Source: Patescibacteria group bacterium | GTDB taxonomy: Bacteria; Patescibacteriota; Saccharimonadia; CAILAD01; BJGX01 | Direction: 5' to 3' | Length of the DNA: 64,000 nucleotides | Assembly: GCA_026397045.1 (NCBI GenBank) | Contig: JAPLVO010000010.1 | Coordinates: 15,858-79,857, forward strand | Part shown: in pieces, positions 1-9,108 of the stretch | How the letters are laid out: each line of letters begins with the position of its first letter | Numbering within the stretch: the stretch's first letter is position 1 | Notes under the pieces: model-generated | What the model saw: only the letters and a program-made list of their open reading frames with translations | The model's database searches: none | Told to the model about the DNA's origin: nothing | Translations under genes and position numbers: made by a program

Positions 1-625
1 CAAGCGAAGCCACATTGGTTCCACCACCAACTCCATTGCCATCAATGCTGGCAACACCAGCTGAACCAGGGCACCAGCTGGCATTGATAAAGTTTGGTTG
101 TAAAAAGCAGTTTTTCCACAGCCAATAATCGTATATTTTTCTGGTAGAGTTATCTATCACTGTCAGGTGATGGTCATTGCCAAGCTGTCTAATGGGGTTA
201 TCTGGGATTGGAACTGGGCTAGAGGATATGGCATCGCACGCATAAACATAGCAGAAAACAGTTGATTTGTTTGTGGTGGAATCCACATCGTAGATCGGCA
301 AGGACCAGGTCAGAAGAGAAGTCACTGCTGGTGGCTGGGCGTCTTGGATACGAAGCTGCCCGTCCGCGCGGTATCTAACATCGGCTGGGATGATTTGGTT
401 GAGTGGGCTATCGGCCGTAAACATCCTGCCGGACGGTTTTTTTGTGGCATTATCATAGCTATATTTCATAGTGCTAGCCATGCCTCGGTAGATTAAAAAT
501 ATGCCAGCGAAAATTACCGTAGCAATAATTATTATCGCTAATACTTTAGATGTTTTGATTTTGGCCAAGCTTGTCGATGTTGCGCGGGACTTTGTACTGA
601 CTTTTTGTTTTTTTGTATTTTTCAT
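1..625 (-). CDS. Hypothetical membrane-anchored protein, 5'-partial in this window. It starts at the ATG at 625-623 on the minus strand and runs off the window start.
   Basis: Manual minus-strand translation from the ATG at 625-623 gives MKNTKKQKVSTKSRATSTSLAKIKTSKVLAIIIIATVIFAGIFLIY, a basic N-terminus followed by a TM helix. The reading frame stays open to position 1. It is absent from the ORF track, apparently because no stop codon falls inside the window. Confidence 0.4.
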   Translation of the reverse strand, partial: MKNTKKQKVSTKSRATSTSLAKIKTSKVLAIIIIATVIFAGIFLIYRGMASTMKYSYDNATKKPSGRMFTADSPLNQIIPADVRYRADGQLRIQDAQPPAVTSLLTWSLPIYDVDSTTNKSTVFCYVYACDAISSSPVPIPDNPIRQLGNDHHLTVIDNSTRKIYDYWLWKNCFLQPNFINASWCPGSAGVASIDGNGVGGGTNVASL

Positions 626-724
626 AATATTTATGTTTATAATACACTAAAAATAATTTATCAACAATATTTTTTAAGAAAAAATATTACCGCAGCTCAG
701 TACCTGCGCCAGCAAGAGCACTAT

Positions 725-1165
725 TTATTCTTTTTTCCGAATATGAAGCGTTTTGCTGGCGCTACGCATAGCCTTGCGGGGGTCTATCGCGGGTGCTGGC
801 GACTTAATTACTGCAAGATCTAATTTGACCTTGCTTAGGCTAATTACAAACATTCCTACTGGAGCAGCTGCAGTCAGCCAAAAGCTAGAAAACGCCGTAC
901 CCTTGCCAAAGACCTTACCAAGCCTAATCGCGATGGCAACAGAGTAGACAGTACCCGCATAGGGAACAATGGATGCTCCATACCAGGATTTAGGTAGCCC
1001 CAGTGCGTTGATAAGACTGAAGTAATTTATCATCGGTATAAAGGCTCTCCACCTTGGGGTACTAAGTTTCTTAAATACCAACGAAAGCCCTATACAGTAA
1101 ACCAAGTACAGAAACATCATCGCAGCTATTACGAGGATACCAGCACTAATTATTGCTTTGATCAT
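725..1165 (-). CDS. Hypothetical integral membrane protein
   Basis: 146-aa ORF with several hydrophobic segments. It is on the same strand as the upstream partial ORF. The overlapping plus-strand ORFs are short and rich in Ala/Arg. Confidence 0.35.
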   Translation of the reverse strand: MIKAIISAGILVIAAMMFLYLVYCIGLSLVFKKLSTPRWRAFIPMINYFSLINALGLPKSWYGASIVPYAGTVYSVAIAIRLGKVFGKGTAFSSFWLTAAAPVGMFVISLSKVKLDLAVIKSPAPAIDPRKAMRSASKTLHIRKKE

Positions 1166-1294
1166 GTACTAATTATATATCATCGAGAGGCCTTATTGGC
1201 GTGCTTAGCTAATAATTTTCCACAGGCTGTTATAAAGTAATTTGCTGTTTTGTAGCAAAATTCTAGGCATAAGACATATGTTACTATTGTATTA

Positions 1295-2560
1295 ATGAAA
1301 AAAGTTATCAAAACTTCTAAATCCTTCTTCATTCGCCATAAAATCATTAGCTCATTGATTATTATTTTAGCTGTGCTGGTCGTGGGCGCTACTATTATAA
1401 GCCTAATCGACAGATCTAAAACGGCCATATATCAGTCTTCGATAGCTAGCTTTTATGATACTTCCAATATTGACATTGATGGGCCAGTTGGCCAGATGGT
1501 AAGATCCGAGCCAACAGCCACTAGCCTTAAAAACGGTACGGCTACAAGGGTAATTTATAGAACTCAAAAGGCCGATGGAACCAATACCTTTAGCTCTGGC
1601 ATGGTATACATACCAAGTACAAATTCACCTACCCCTAGGCCAGTAGTGGCCTGGGCTCACGGCACACTGGGGATGGGGGATGATTGTGCCCCATCAAGGC
1701 AACAAGATACTATAGCGAGCACTGGAATGGGTTGGGTCGATACAATGCTACAAAGAGGCTGGGTGGTTACCGCAACAGACTACGCTGGTTTTGGCACACC
1801 TGGCATTGAGGCATATTTAGTTGGGCAGGCAGAAGCTCATGATGTACTTAATAGCATTAGGGCACTTAGGGATTTGCCCGCAGCAAATGCTGGCAGCAGG
1901 TATGCTATTTGGGGGCATTCACAGGGAGGGCATTCGGCATTGTTTAGCTCGGATATGTCCACAGCCTACCTGCCAGAATATGAGCTAGTAGGTACCGCCG
2001 CCACGGCGCCAGCTGCTCAGCTTGAGTCGCTCTTATCCCAGCAATTTACAACTGCCGTTGCCTGGCTAATAGGCCCAGAAGTTGTGGTGTCTTGGCCCAA
2101 TAATTATAGCGGCTTGAGCCCTGAACAAGTACTGACCAAGCCCGGGCTCAACAACTATAAATCTATGGCCCAAGCCTGCATCAAGTCTGTAGCCATAGAT
2201 GGCATCATTAGACAGAAGATCGGACAAGATTTTTTTTCCCCCGAATTATTAAAATTGCCAGCCTGGAAGCAAGTTATTGCTGAGCAAACTGCACCAGTTC
2301 TAGGATCCAATCGGCCTCTTTTGGTAGGCGAGAGCCTGACTGATCAAGTGGTGCTGCCCAATACCACAGCTCAATACATACAGCGAGCTTGCCAATCGGG
2401 ATCCGACTTGACTTCAATATGGCTAACTGGTGTCGGCCATGTACAGCTACAATCAGTTATTTCCCCGAGTGTAATTAATTGGCTGGGCGATAGATTCGCA
2501 AACATACCCACATCACCTACCTGCAATCAGCCCCTGCCTATTACCCCGTCGCAGTCTTAG
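1295..2560 (+). CDS. Secreted lipase/esterase, alpha/beta-hydrolase fold
   Basis: N-terminal TM or signal anchor (IISSLIIILAVLVVGATII). Nucleophile-elbow pentapeptide GHSQGG in the sequence YAIWGHSQGGHSALF. Length fits LIP-type secretory lipases. Confidence 0.55.
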   Translation: MKKVIKTSKSFFIRHKIISSLIIILAVLVVGATIISLIDRSKTAIYQSSIASFYDTSNIDIDGPVGQMVRSEPTATSLKNGTATRVIYRTQKADGTNTFSSGMVYIPSTNSPTPRPVVAWAHGTLGMGDDCAPSRQQDTIASTGMGWVDTMLQRGWVVTATDYAGFGTPGIEAYLVGQAEAHDVLNSIRALRDLPAANAGSRYAIWGHSQGGHSALFSSDMSTAYLPEYELVGTAATAPAAQLESLLSQQFTTAVAWLIGPEVVVSWPNNYSGLSPEQVLTKPGLNNYKSMAQACIKSVAIDGIIRQKIGQDFFSPELLKLPAWKQVIAEQTAPVLGSNRPLLVGESLTDQVVLPNTTAQYIQRACQSGSDLTSIWLTGVGHVQLQSVISPSVINWLGDRFANIPTSPTCNQPLPITPSQS

Positions 2561-2609
2561 CTATTTAATATGTTTTATATAAACATATATTTAGTAGTAC
2601 AATATATAT

Positions 2610-3668
2610 ATGAGTTCAAATATTAATGAAATAAGCAATAATACCATTGTTAGGATTCTGGCCATCATAGTGGCCTTTGTCATAGCTGTTTTTTTGATTG
2701 TCACGCTTAGGCAGCCACTTGTCTGGGTGGGTATATCTTTCTTTTTTGCTCTCGCCCTGGAGCGTCCTGTAGATTGGCTAAGTAGCAAGCTACCTCGTAA
2801 AAGCCGAGGTTTGGCAGTACTTATCGTGGTCGCTGGGGCAATCCTCGGAATCGCATATTTCGTATCTACGATAGCACCCCCACTATTTCGGCAGTTTAGC
2901 GAGATGTTAAAAAATTTGCCAGGATACTATTCAGACTTTCTAAGTAATGATAACCCAGTTTCGGACTATCTTGCTAAGAATGATATCAGCAATACATTAT
3001 CTTTAAATGGCGAACGCATAACGAATTTCTTTACAACAGCCAGCGGCGGAGTTGTTAATGTCTTTACGGGGATATTCAGTAGTATTTTTGCATTTTTCAC
3101 GATTATTGTTTTTACATTTTTTATGGTTTTAGAGTGGCCTAAATTCCACGATCTATTCTGGCGATACCAAGACCCAAGCAAGCGCAGCCATCGTAAGCAC
3201 CTGTATTCCCGAATGCAAAAGACAGTTAGCGGGTATATTGGTGGCAACTTACTGACTAGCTTAGTGGCAGGTGCTGTAACGCTGATATTTCTATTATTAC
3301 TGAAAAACCCATATGCATTTTCGCTGGCATTTACAGTCGCTGTTCTGGACCTAATACCGATGTTCGGAGCACTGCTGGCATCTATAATAGCAGTTTCTGT
3401 GGTGCTGGTTTACGGTGGTGTCCCCCCAGCTATCGCTGCAGCTATTTTCTTTCTGGTGTACCAACAAATAGAGAATAATATTCTGCAGCCCTATGTATTT
3501 TCCAAAACCGTCAATATATCTCCGTTAATTGCCGGGATAGCGGCCTTGTTTGGCGCCAGCCTCGGCGGGCTAGTGGGGGCCTTGGTCGCAATACCAATCG
3601 CCGCATCCTCACAAATACTAATTAAGGACTACCTCGAGAGAAAGTACCCAAATAAACATAGCAAATAG
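2610..3668 (+). CDS. AI-2E family transporter (UPF0118/PerM-like)
   Basis: 352 aa with about 8 TM segments. Shows the LDLIPMFGALLA and YQQIENNILQP motifs typical of the AI-2E family. Confidence 0.6.
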   Translation: MSSNINEISNNTIVRILAIIVAFVIAVFLIVTLRQPLVWVGISFFFALALERPVDWLSSKLPRKSRGLAVLIVVAGAILGIAYFVSTIAPPLFRQFSEMLKNLPGYYSDFLSNDNPVSDYLAKNDISNTLSLNGERITNFFTTASGGVVNVFTGIFSSIFAFFTIIVFTFFMVLEWPKFHDLFWRYQDPSKRSHRKHLYSRMQKTVSGYIGGNLLTSLVAGAVTLIFLLLLKNPYAFSLAFTVAVLDLIPMFGALLASIIAVSVVLVYGGVPPAIAAAIFFLVYQQIENNILQPYVFSKTVNISPLIAGIAALFGASLGGLVGALVAIPIAASSQILIKDYLERKYPNKHSK

Positions 3669-3706
3669 TTTATTAGTTGCTTGGGATCTAGTATAATAAT
3701 TATCTA

Positions 3707-4858
3707 ATGACAACTAATAGCTCACCAAACTACCAACAACTCGCCCTAGAACTCCACAAAAAACTAAAAGGCAAAATCACTAGCCAAAGCAAGTTAGAGG
3801 TAAAAACTGAAGCTGATCTTAGCTTGGTCTACACGCCGGGGGTGAGTGCAGTATCGCAGCTATTGGCAGAGAAGCCAGAGTTGGCCCCAGATTACACCAT
3901 AAAACACAATACTGTAGCAGTTATTTCAGACGGCTCAGCAGTACTTGGCCTTGGTAACATCGGCCCACTTGGTGCATTGCCTGTGATGGAAGGCAAAGCT
4001 ATGCTTTTTTCTCAGCTAGCTGGGCTTAACTCTTTTCCTATAGTACTAGACACTCAAGACACAGATGAAATAGTACAAACCATTATAAACATCGCACCAG
4101 CTTTTTCTGCTATCAACCTAGAAGATATACAGGCGCCCAAATGTTTTGAGATTGAAAAACGCCTGCAAGAAGCTCTAAGTATTGCCGTTGTGCACGACGA
4201 CCAGCACGCTACCGCCATAGTAGTGTTAGCCGGGCTAATAAATGCTCTCGAGGTGGTAGGCAAAGCCGCCAATACAAGTAAGGTAGTGATATTGGGTGCT
4301 GGCGCGGCTGGTGTGGGCGTGGCGAGCTTGCTTGTAGAATACGGCTTTGAAGATATTGTTGTGGTAGACAGCAAAGGAATAATATCTAGCTCACGAAATG
4401 ATCTTAACAAAGAAAAACAAGTAATAGCTGGGCTAACCAACAAACATGACCAGCAGGGTGATCTAAAAGATGCACTAGAAAACAGCGATATATTTATTGG
4501 TCTTTCTAGTGGTGGCAAGTTGCCTTCAGAACTCATTAAAACTATGAATCCAAAAAGTATTATTTTTGCTCTAGCCAATCCAGAGCCAGAGATTTTGCCA
4601 GATTTGGCCCTAGAGGCTGGGGCTATGATTGTTGCGAGCGGAAGATCTGACTTTGCGAACCAAATAAATAATGTACTGGTTTTCCCAGGTCTTTTTAAGG
4701 GTCTTATAGACAATAATATAGTAAAGGTTTCTAGCAAGGTAAAGATTGAGGCCGCCGTGGCTTTAGCTGGCGTCGTAGAACAACCTACAGCGGATAATAT
4801 TATACCTTCTGTATTTGACCCATCAGTTGTTGGGGCTATTGCGAAAAGTATTCTATAG
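3707..4858 (+). CDS. NAD(P)-dependent malic enzyme, small form
   Basis: VYTPGV, VHDDQHATAIVVLAGLINAL (the malic enzyme HDDQ signature) and the GAGAAGVG Rossmann motif. A length of 383 aa matches small prokaryotic malic enzymes. Confidence 0.7.
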   Translation: MTTNSSPNYQQLALELHKKLKGKITSQSKLEVKTEADLSLVYTPGVSAVSQLLAEKPELAPDYTIKHNTVAVISDGSAVLGLGNIGPLGALPVMEGKAMLFSQLAGLNSFPIVLDTQDTDEIVQTIINIAPAFSAINLEDIQAPKCFEIEKRLQEALSIAVVHDDQHATAIVVLAGLINALEVVGKAANTSKVVILGAGAAGVGVASLLVEYGFEDIVVVDSKGIISSSRNDLNKEKQVIAGLTNKHDQQGDLKDALENSDIFIGLSSGGKLPSELIKTMNPKSIIFALANPEPEILPDLALEAGAMIVASGRSDFANQINNVLVFPGLFKGLIDNNIVKVSSKVKIEAAVALAGVVEQPTADNIIPSVFDPSVVGAIAKSIL

Positions 4859-4917
4859 TATTACCATAATAAGTAAAGTATCATCAAGATTAGTAATATA
4901 GAAAGTTAAAATAATAT

Positions 4918-5619
4918 ATGTCACCAGAAAAAGAGCCAGATAATATTTCGAAAACAGAACCAATAGAAACTCAAACTCAAGAGCCAGCAACAGTATCATC
5001 CACAAATGAAAAAACTAGCGGACTTGCCATCGCCGCTCTTGCAATGGCGTTTTTAGCTCCGGTAGTTGGCTTCATACTGGGTATCTTAGCCCTAGGCAGT
5101 ATTAAGAAAAATAAAGAAGCTGGCCGAGGCTTGGCTATCTCTGCGATCGTTGTTTCAGTGGTAATTACACTTGTTACTATAGCTATAGGGCTTTTTTTCG
5201 TGATAGTAATAGGCGTAGCCAGCAACGAAGATAGCCTCCGCACAGAAAATAACAGCGTTTCAATAAGCGGGGAGAACGGCAATGAGGCCGAGATTGGTTC
5301 GTCCAAAATTCCAGATGGCTTCCCGAAAGATGTCCCTATATATCCTGGTGCCAAAGTACTGGCTTCTACTAGCATAGATGGCAACTATAGTGTCGCCCTT
5401 AGTACTCCAGACTCTAAAAGCCAGGTAGAAGCTTATTACAAAACAACCCTAGCAAATAATGGCTGGGTGTCTGAAAATGGTAGCTCAAGCGCAGAATTTG
5501 GGGGCTTTAGCTCGCTAGCATTGGTGAAGGATGGCTCTAGGGTTGGCGTAACCATTGGCGAGAGCACCGATAAAAATCAAACCACAGTAACTATTTCGGT
5601 ATCCCAGATTAAAGACTAA
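4918..5619 (+). CDS. Membrane protein with a DUF4190-like N-terminal TM region and a conserved C-terminal extracytoplasmic domain
   Basis: GLAIAALAMAFLAPVVGFILGILALGSIKKNKEAG resembles DUF4190. The C-terminal segment IPDGFPKDVPIYPGAKV...SKSQVEAYYKTTLANNGW is shared with the next gene. Confidence 0.4.
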   Translation: MSPEKEPDNISKTEPIETQTQEPATVSSTNEKTSGLAIAALAMAFLAPVVGFILGILALGSIKKNKEAGRGLAISAIVVSVVITLVTIAIGLFFVIVIGVASNEDSLRTENNSVSISGENGNEAEIGSSKIPDGFPKDVPIYPGAKVLASTSIDGNYSVALSTPDSKSQVEAYYKTTLANNGWVSENGSSSAEFGGFSSLALVKDGSRVGVTIGESTDKNQTTVTISVSQIKD

Positions 5620-5779
5620 TCAGTAGAGTTATAAGCAAACTGGTGTAGATTATTTTAGAGCTCCTAAGGCCAGAAGTAAGCTTGAGCCAAATAACCAAGT
5701 ATAGTAGAGTTAAGTGTATAAATAATAATGAAACATAGAGATAAAATATTAGATACAGCACAGCCCAAAAAGGCTAAAA

Positions 5780-6298
5780 ATGCCTGATCCAGCCAAACAG
5801 GGAGCTCCGAGTTTTAGATTTATAGTGTGGCTTACTGCATTTTTGTTTGCGGGAGTACTGATAATAGCTTTTATTACTTTATTAAAACCCAATAATCAGC
5901 AAAAAGAGCTTACAGGTACAATACAAAACGGTAACAATAACAACTCTGCAAAGTCTTCGCAACAAAATAATAATAATGTCGATTCTACTAGCCTGCCAGC
6001 CGATTTTGCAAAAGACATCCCAATATACCCCGGTTCACGCGTCATAGAATATAGCAAAGAAAATAATCTGACTGGCCTTAAGCTAACTAGTAAAGATTCC
6101 AAAGAGCAGGTGGATGGTTATTATAATTCTGCACTAATAGAGAGTGGCTGGACAGCTGAGCCAGGGGCATCCACTTTTGATTTGGGCGGGCTAAAAGCTA
6201 AATCAGTGACTAAAAACAGCTCTCGGCTGACCACTATATCTGCCACAGATCCCGCAACAAAAACTACTAATATAATCATATCGGTCAATAGGCAGTAG
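5780..6298 (+). CDS. Membrane-anchored paralog of the preceding gene; the C-terminal domain is shared
   Basis: LPADFAKDIPIYPGSRV...SKEQVDGYYNSALIESGW aligns with the C-terminus of the 4918-5619 product. It has a single N-terminal TM and an Asn-rich linker. Confidence 0.4.
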   Translation: MPDPAKQGAPSFRFIVWLTAFLFAGVLIIAFITLLKPNNQQKELTGTIQNGNNNNSAKSSQQNNNNVDSTSLPADFAKDIPIYPGSRVIEYSKENNLTGLKLTSKDSKEQVDGYYNSALIESGWTAEPGASTFDLGGLKAKSVTKNSSRLTTISATDPATKTTNIIISVNRQ

Positions 6299-6301
6299 CT
6301 A

Positions 6302-6892
6302 GTGAACATCACAAAGCAAGACTTACTCAGAATATTAATTCCTAGCAAGCGTGAGGCATGGATAATCATCTTTCTGGTGCTGCTTGTTTTTGTGGTTTTT
6401 GAGGGAAATTTGGTGTATTTAAGATTAACTCAGGAAACAATATTTTCTGACACAAAACTGCAGGATAGCTTTAGTGCCCAGATAGATGCGATATTCGCCG
6501 ATAATAAATTTGCCAATACAGCCAGCTTGGTCGTATTTTGGGCCGGAGTCGGCCTGGTGGCTTATAGCGTAATTTGGTCCATCCATTCTTTTTTTGCGGA
6601 GGCAAGAGGGGAGGCTGAGGTAGGCCAGAAATTTATAAACCAAAGCGCCAAGCAAGATCAGCTCCATAGATCTCTAGTACAGGCAGGCGCGCTAGCTGGC
6701 ATAATCGCCCTGGGCCTGCTCAGCCTTAATGTTACAGTCCCGTTCTTTATAAGTATGTGGACTGGGGGCATATTGACAGTCGGCTATGAATTGATTTTTG
6801 GCTCACTGCAGATTATCGCTGGATTTATAGGTATGTTTGTCAATTTTTATTTATTCAAGGTGTTGATGGATTGGATAATTATACTGGAGTAG
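6302..6892 (+). CDS. Hypothetical membrane protein
   Basis: 196-aa ORF with a GTG start and about 4 TM helices. Consistent codon usage. Confidence 0.35.
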   Translation: MNITKQDLLRILIPSKREAWIIIFLVLLVFVVFEGNLVYLRLTQETIFSDTKLQDSFSAQIDAIFADNKFANTASLVVFWAGVGLVAYSVIWSIHSFFAEARGEAEVGQKFINQSAKQDQLHRSLVQAGALAGIIALGLLSLNVTVPFFISMWTGGILTVGYELIFGSLQIIAGFIGMFVNFYLFKVLMDWIIILE

Positions 6893-6902
6893 CGAAAGGC
6901 TC

Positions 6903-7526
6903 CTAGTACTTGCGAATTAAACCAATAAGCACGCCTTGTATCTTTATTGGGGTCCCCTTTTCTACATATATTGGCTCCATAGTAGAGTTAGCCGGCTGTA
7001 GCCTGATTCTATTGGGCTCCTTATAATATCTTTTGAGCGTTGCTTCGTTATTATTGACTAGCGCTACCACGGTGTCCCCATTACTAGGAACTGATTTTTC
7101 CTGAACAACCACATAATCCCCATCGTGTATGCCATCTTCGATCATGCTTTGGCCCTTCACCTGAAGCACATAAGAGTTCTTGCTACCCACCATAAAAGCG
7201 GGGACTTCTAGGGTCTCCTTGTGGCCTGTGACAGTTTCTATGGGGCTTCCCGCGGCAATCATGCCTAAAATTGGCAACCCTATACCAGGCTCATTGATGG
7301 AGGACTGTACCTCAAGTACTGGGATAAGTGACCGAGCCGAATTTGCACCTTTCTCTAGGAAACCCTTATCTACAAGAGTATCTATATGCTGGGCCACGGT
7401 GGCTACGGAGTTGAGCTTAAGCCCGTTAGCGATCTCGCGGTAGCTAGGGGAGTATCCCTTCTGCTCTATAAAGGTCGTTATGAAGTCGAGTGTCTTGCGC
7501 TGTTTTTTGGTTAATGCTGGTTTCAT
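6903..7526 (-). CDS. lexA: LexA repressor (SOS regulator, S24 peptidase)
   Basis: N-terminal winged-HTH region (KQRKTLDFITTFIEQKGYSPSYREIANGLKLNSVATVAQHIDTLVDKGFL). C-terminal S24 region with the Ala-Gly cleavage site (MIAAGSPIE), Ser in KGQSM and Lys in the ATLKR motif. Confidence 0.85.
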   Translation of the reverse strand: MKPALTKKQRKTLDFITTFIEQKGYSPSYREIANGLKLNSVATVAQHIDTLVDKGFLEKGANSARSLIPVLEVQSSINEPGIGLPILGMIAAGSPIETVTGHKETLEVPAFMVGSKNSYVLQVKGQSMIEDGIHDGDYVVVQEKSVPSNGDTVVALVNNNEATLKRYYKEPNRIRLQPANSTMEPIYVEKGTPIKIQGVLIGLIRKY

Positions 7527-7567
7527 TTATATTTACCTCCAAGTTTTATATCGCTTTTAATTATAGC

Positions 7568-7582
7568 GAACATAGAACGAAC
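7568..7582. promoter_or_regulatory. Candidate LexA operator: direct repeat GAAC-N7-GAAC immediately upstream of lexA
   Basis: gcGAACatagaacGAACc lies 42-56 bp upstream of the lexA start codon. A third GAAC sits at 7575. It is a direct repeat rather than a palindrome, which resembles the alphaproteobacterial-type SOS box. This is inference only. Confidence 0.3.
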
Positions 7583-7785
7583 CTGTCAAGCACTATAGCA
7601 TAAGTTTCTTGCGGTTAATTCAGCCCTAATCAATATTCCAGATACAGCCTTGCAGCTGTGTTTCCTCTGCGATGCCTGCAATCACCACCAGTAGCCGATA
7701 AAAATTCAGGCTCTTTCTATTGACATAAGATTGTACCTGGAATAACCTAGACTACATAGTAATATTTAATGGAGGAAACAGAACA

Positions 7786-7986
7786 ATGGCATTTTCACAT
7801 GTTAATTCAAAAGGTCAGACATATTATCTTCACTCACGAGAGGTTACTCTTAAGGGTGGACGATTGCAAAGGATATTCTTTTTTGGTCGCGAAGCCAAAG
7901 AAGGCGCAATAGATGCACTTCCAGAGGGCTATATCATTGTTGAAAATACTCGAACCGGCCTACCTATCTTGAAAAAAGACAGATAG
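7786..7986 (+). CDS. Small hypothetical protein, divergent from lexA
   Basis: 66-aa ORF preceded by a GGAGG Shine-Dalgarno sequence (ttaatGGAGGaaacagaacaATG). Confidence 0.35.
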   Translation: MAFSHVNSKGQTYYLHSREVTLKGGRLQRIFFFGREAKEGAIDALPEGYIIVENTRTGLPILKKDR

Positions 7987-8103
7987 TCTAGATAAAGTAG
8001 CACTTAGCTACTGGCAAAAAAGCACCAACGCAAGAAGGTGCTTTTTGCTTATATAGATAATTTGCGGTAATATACCAGCTGGTATTTATTAAGTTCTTTA
8101 GCT

Positions 8104-8131
8104 TGAAAAATATGTCAATTTACTTGATAAT
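8104..8131 (+). promoter_or_regulatory. Putative sigma70-type promoter for the tRNA gene
   Basis: TTGAAA (8104-8109), a 16-nt spacer, then GATAAT (8126-8131). The tRNA 5' end is 8 nt further downstream. Confidence 0.35.
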
Positions 8132-8139
8132 TATATCAA

Positions 8140-8212
8140 GGGCCCGTAGCTCAGTGGTTAGAGCAGTCGGCTCATAACTGATTGGCCGTTGGTTCAAATC
8201 CAACCGGGCCCA
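8140..8212 (+). tRNA. tRNA with CAT anticodon (Met elongator, or Ile2/lysidine type); the CCA at 8213-8215 is encoded
   Basis: Manual fold: acceptor gggcccg/cgggccc, D arm gctc-agtggtta-gagc, anticodon loop cuCAUaa, T arm gttgg-ttcaaat-ccaac, discriminator A followed by CCA. Confidence 0.8.
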
Positions 8213-8299
8213 CCATAGTAGAATAAGGTCGCTTATGTGATCTTTTTTTATTGTCTAAAACTTGCCCTTACAACATAAGCCCTTTACAATAAATAGTCT

Positions 8300-9037
8300 A
8301 TGGTAAAAAAACAAAACACACGGGCAGCTTATAAGCCAGATCATCCCTACCTCAAAACGCTTAGCATACAAAAGAGCTCGGGCTTCGGCCGAAATAAGAT
8401 GCTGGCCATGAGGTCTGCGGTAATTATAGCTTTATTCTTGCTGGAAGGGGTGGTGATGTTAGCCGTGGTTGATTCGAAGATCAGCCATAGCCCTATAAAG
8501 AGTGATGTAGCGGTGGTCGCTAAATCCCCCAAAGCCAAGCCTAAGACCGAAGTAAAAGCAGTTTCTGAGCCAGCCCTGCCTGCCCCAGCCTTGGCTGTAT
8601 CCGATATGTCCTTAGTGATACCTAAGCTATTTATTAACGCTCCAATCGACCCTGTTGGGCTCAATACAAAAGGCGAAATGGCTACTTCACCCAGCCTTCA
8701 AAGGCTGGCTTGGTACAAGGATGGTGCAGTACCGGGCCAAATAGGCACTGCAGTTTTTGCAGGCCATTATGGCGGACCCAACGAAATAGGGGTGTTCAGA
8801 TCGCTAGATCAGCTCAAAAACGGGGATGTTTTAGAGGTCAAAAGCAAGGCCGGCAAAATACAAAAGTACTCGGTCTATAATATAGGTAAATACGCCTTGG
8901 CTGATGTGCCGCTGCAAGAGCTTTTTAATAAAAATGACGGCAAATATCTTAACCTTGTGACTTGCGTGGGGACTTGGAGTAATGGCACTAGTAGTTACGA
9001 CCAACGCTACATTGTTTTTTCTAGGCTAATAGAGTAG
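8300..9037 (+). CDS. Sortase family transpeptidase
   Basis: N-terminal TM anchor. Catalytic His context (TAVFAGHYG). TLxTC-type active site LNLVTCVG. A later conserved Arg. Confidence 0.6.
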   Translation: MVKKQNTRAAYKPDHPYLKTLSIQKSSGFGRNKMLAMRSAVIIALFLLEGVVMLAVVDSKISHSPIKSDVAVVAKSPKAKPKTEVKAVSEPALPAPALAVSDMSLVIPKLFINAPIDPVGLNTKGEMATSPSLQRLAWYKDGAVPGQIGTAVFAGHYGGPNEIGVFRSLDQLKNGDVLEVKSKAGKIQKYSVYNIGKYALADVPLQELFNKNDGKYLNLVTCVGTWSNGTSSYDQRYIVFSRLIE

Positions 9038-9108
9038 TTGACAACCCAAAGCAATTTGAATACAATTAATCATAAGCGTAATTATAAATCTAAGTAGAAT
9101 AGGAAAAA

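Noticed and set aside
605-947. Plus-strand ORFs 605-823 and 753-947
   Set aside because: They overlap the minus-strand membrane protein gene (725-1165) and the partial upstream minus-strand ORF. They lack an SD sequence and have an atypical composition, so they are likely spurious.
8217-8299. Possible terminator after tRNA-Met (aaggtcgcttatgtgatcttttttt)
   Set aside because: A T tract is present, but the preceding stem is weak (at most 4-5 bp). The evidence is not enough to annotate it.
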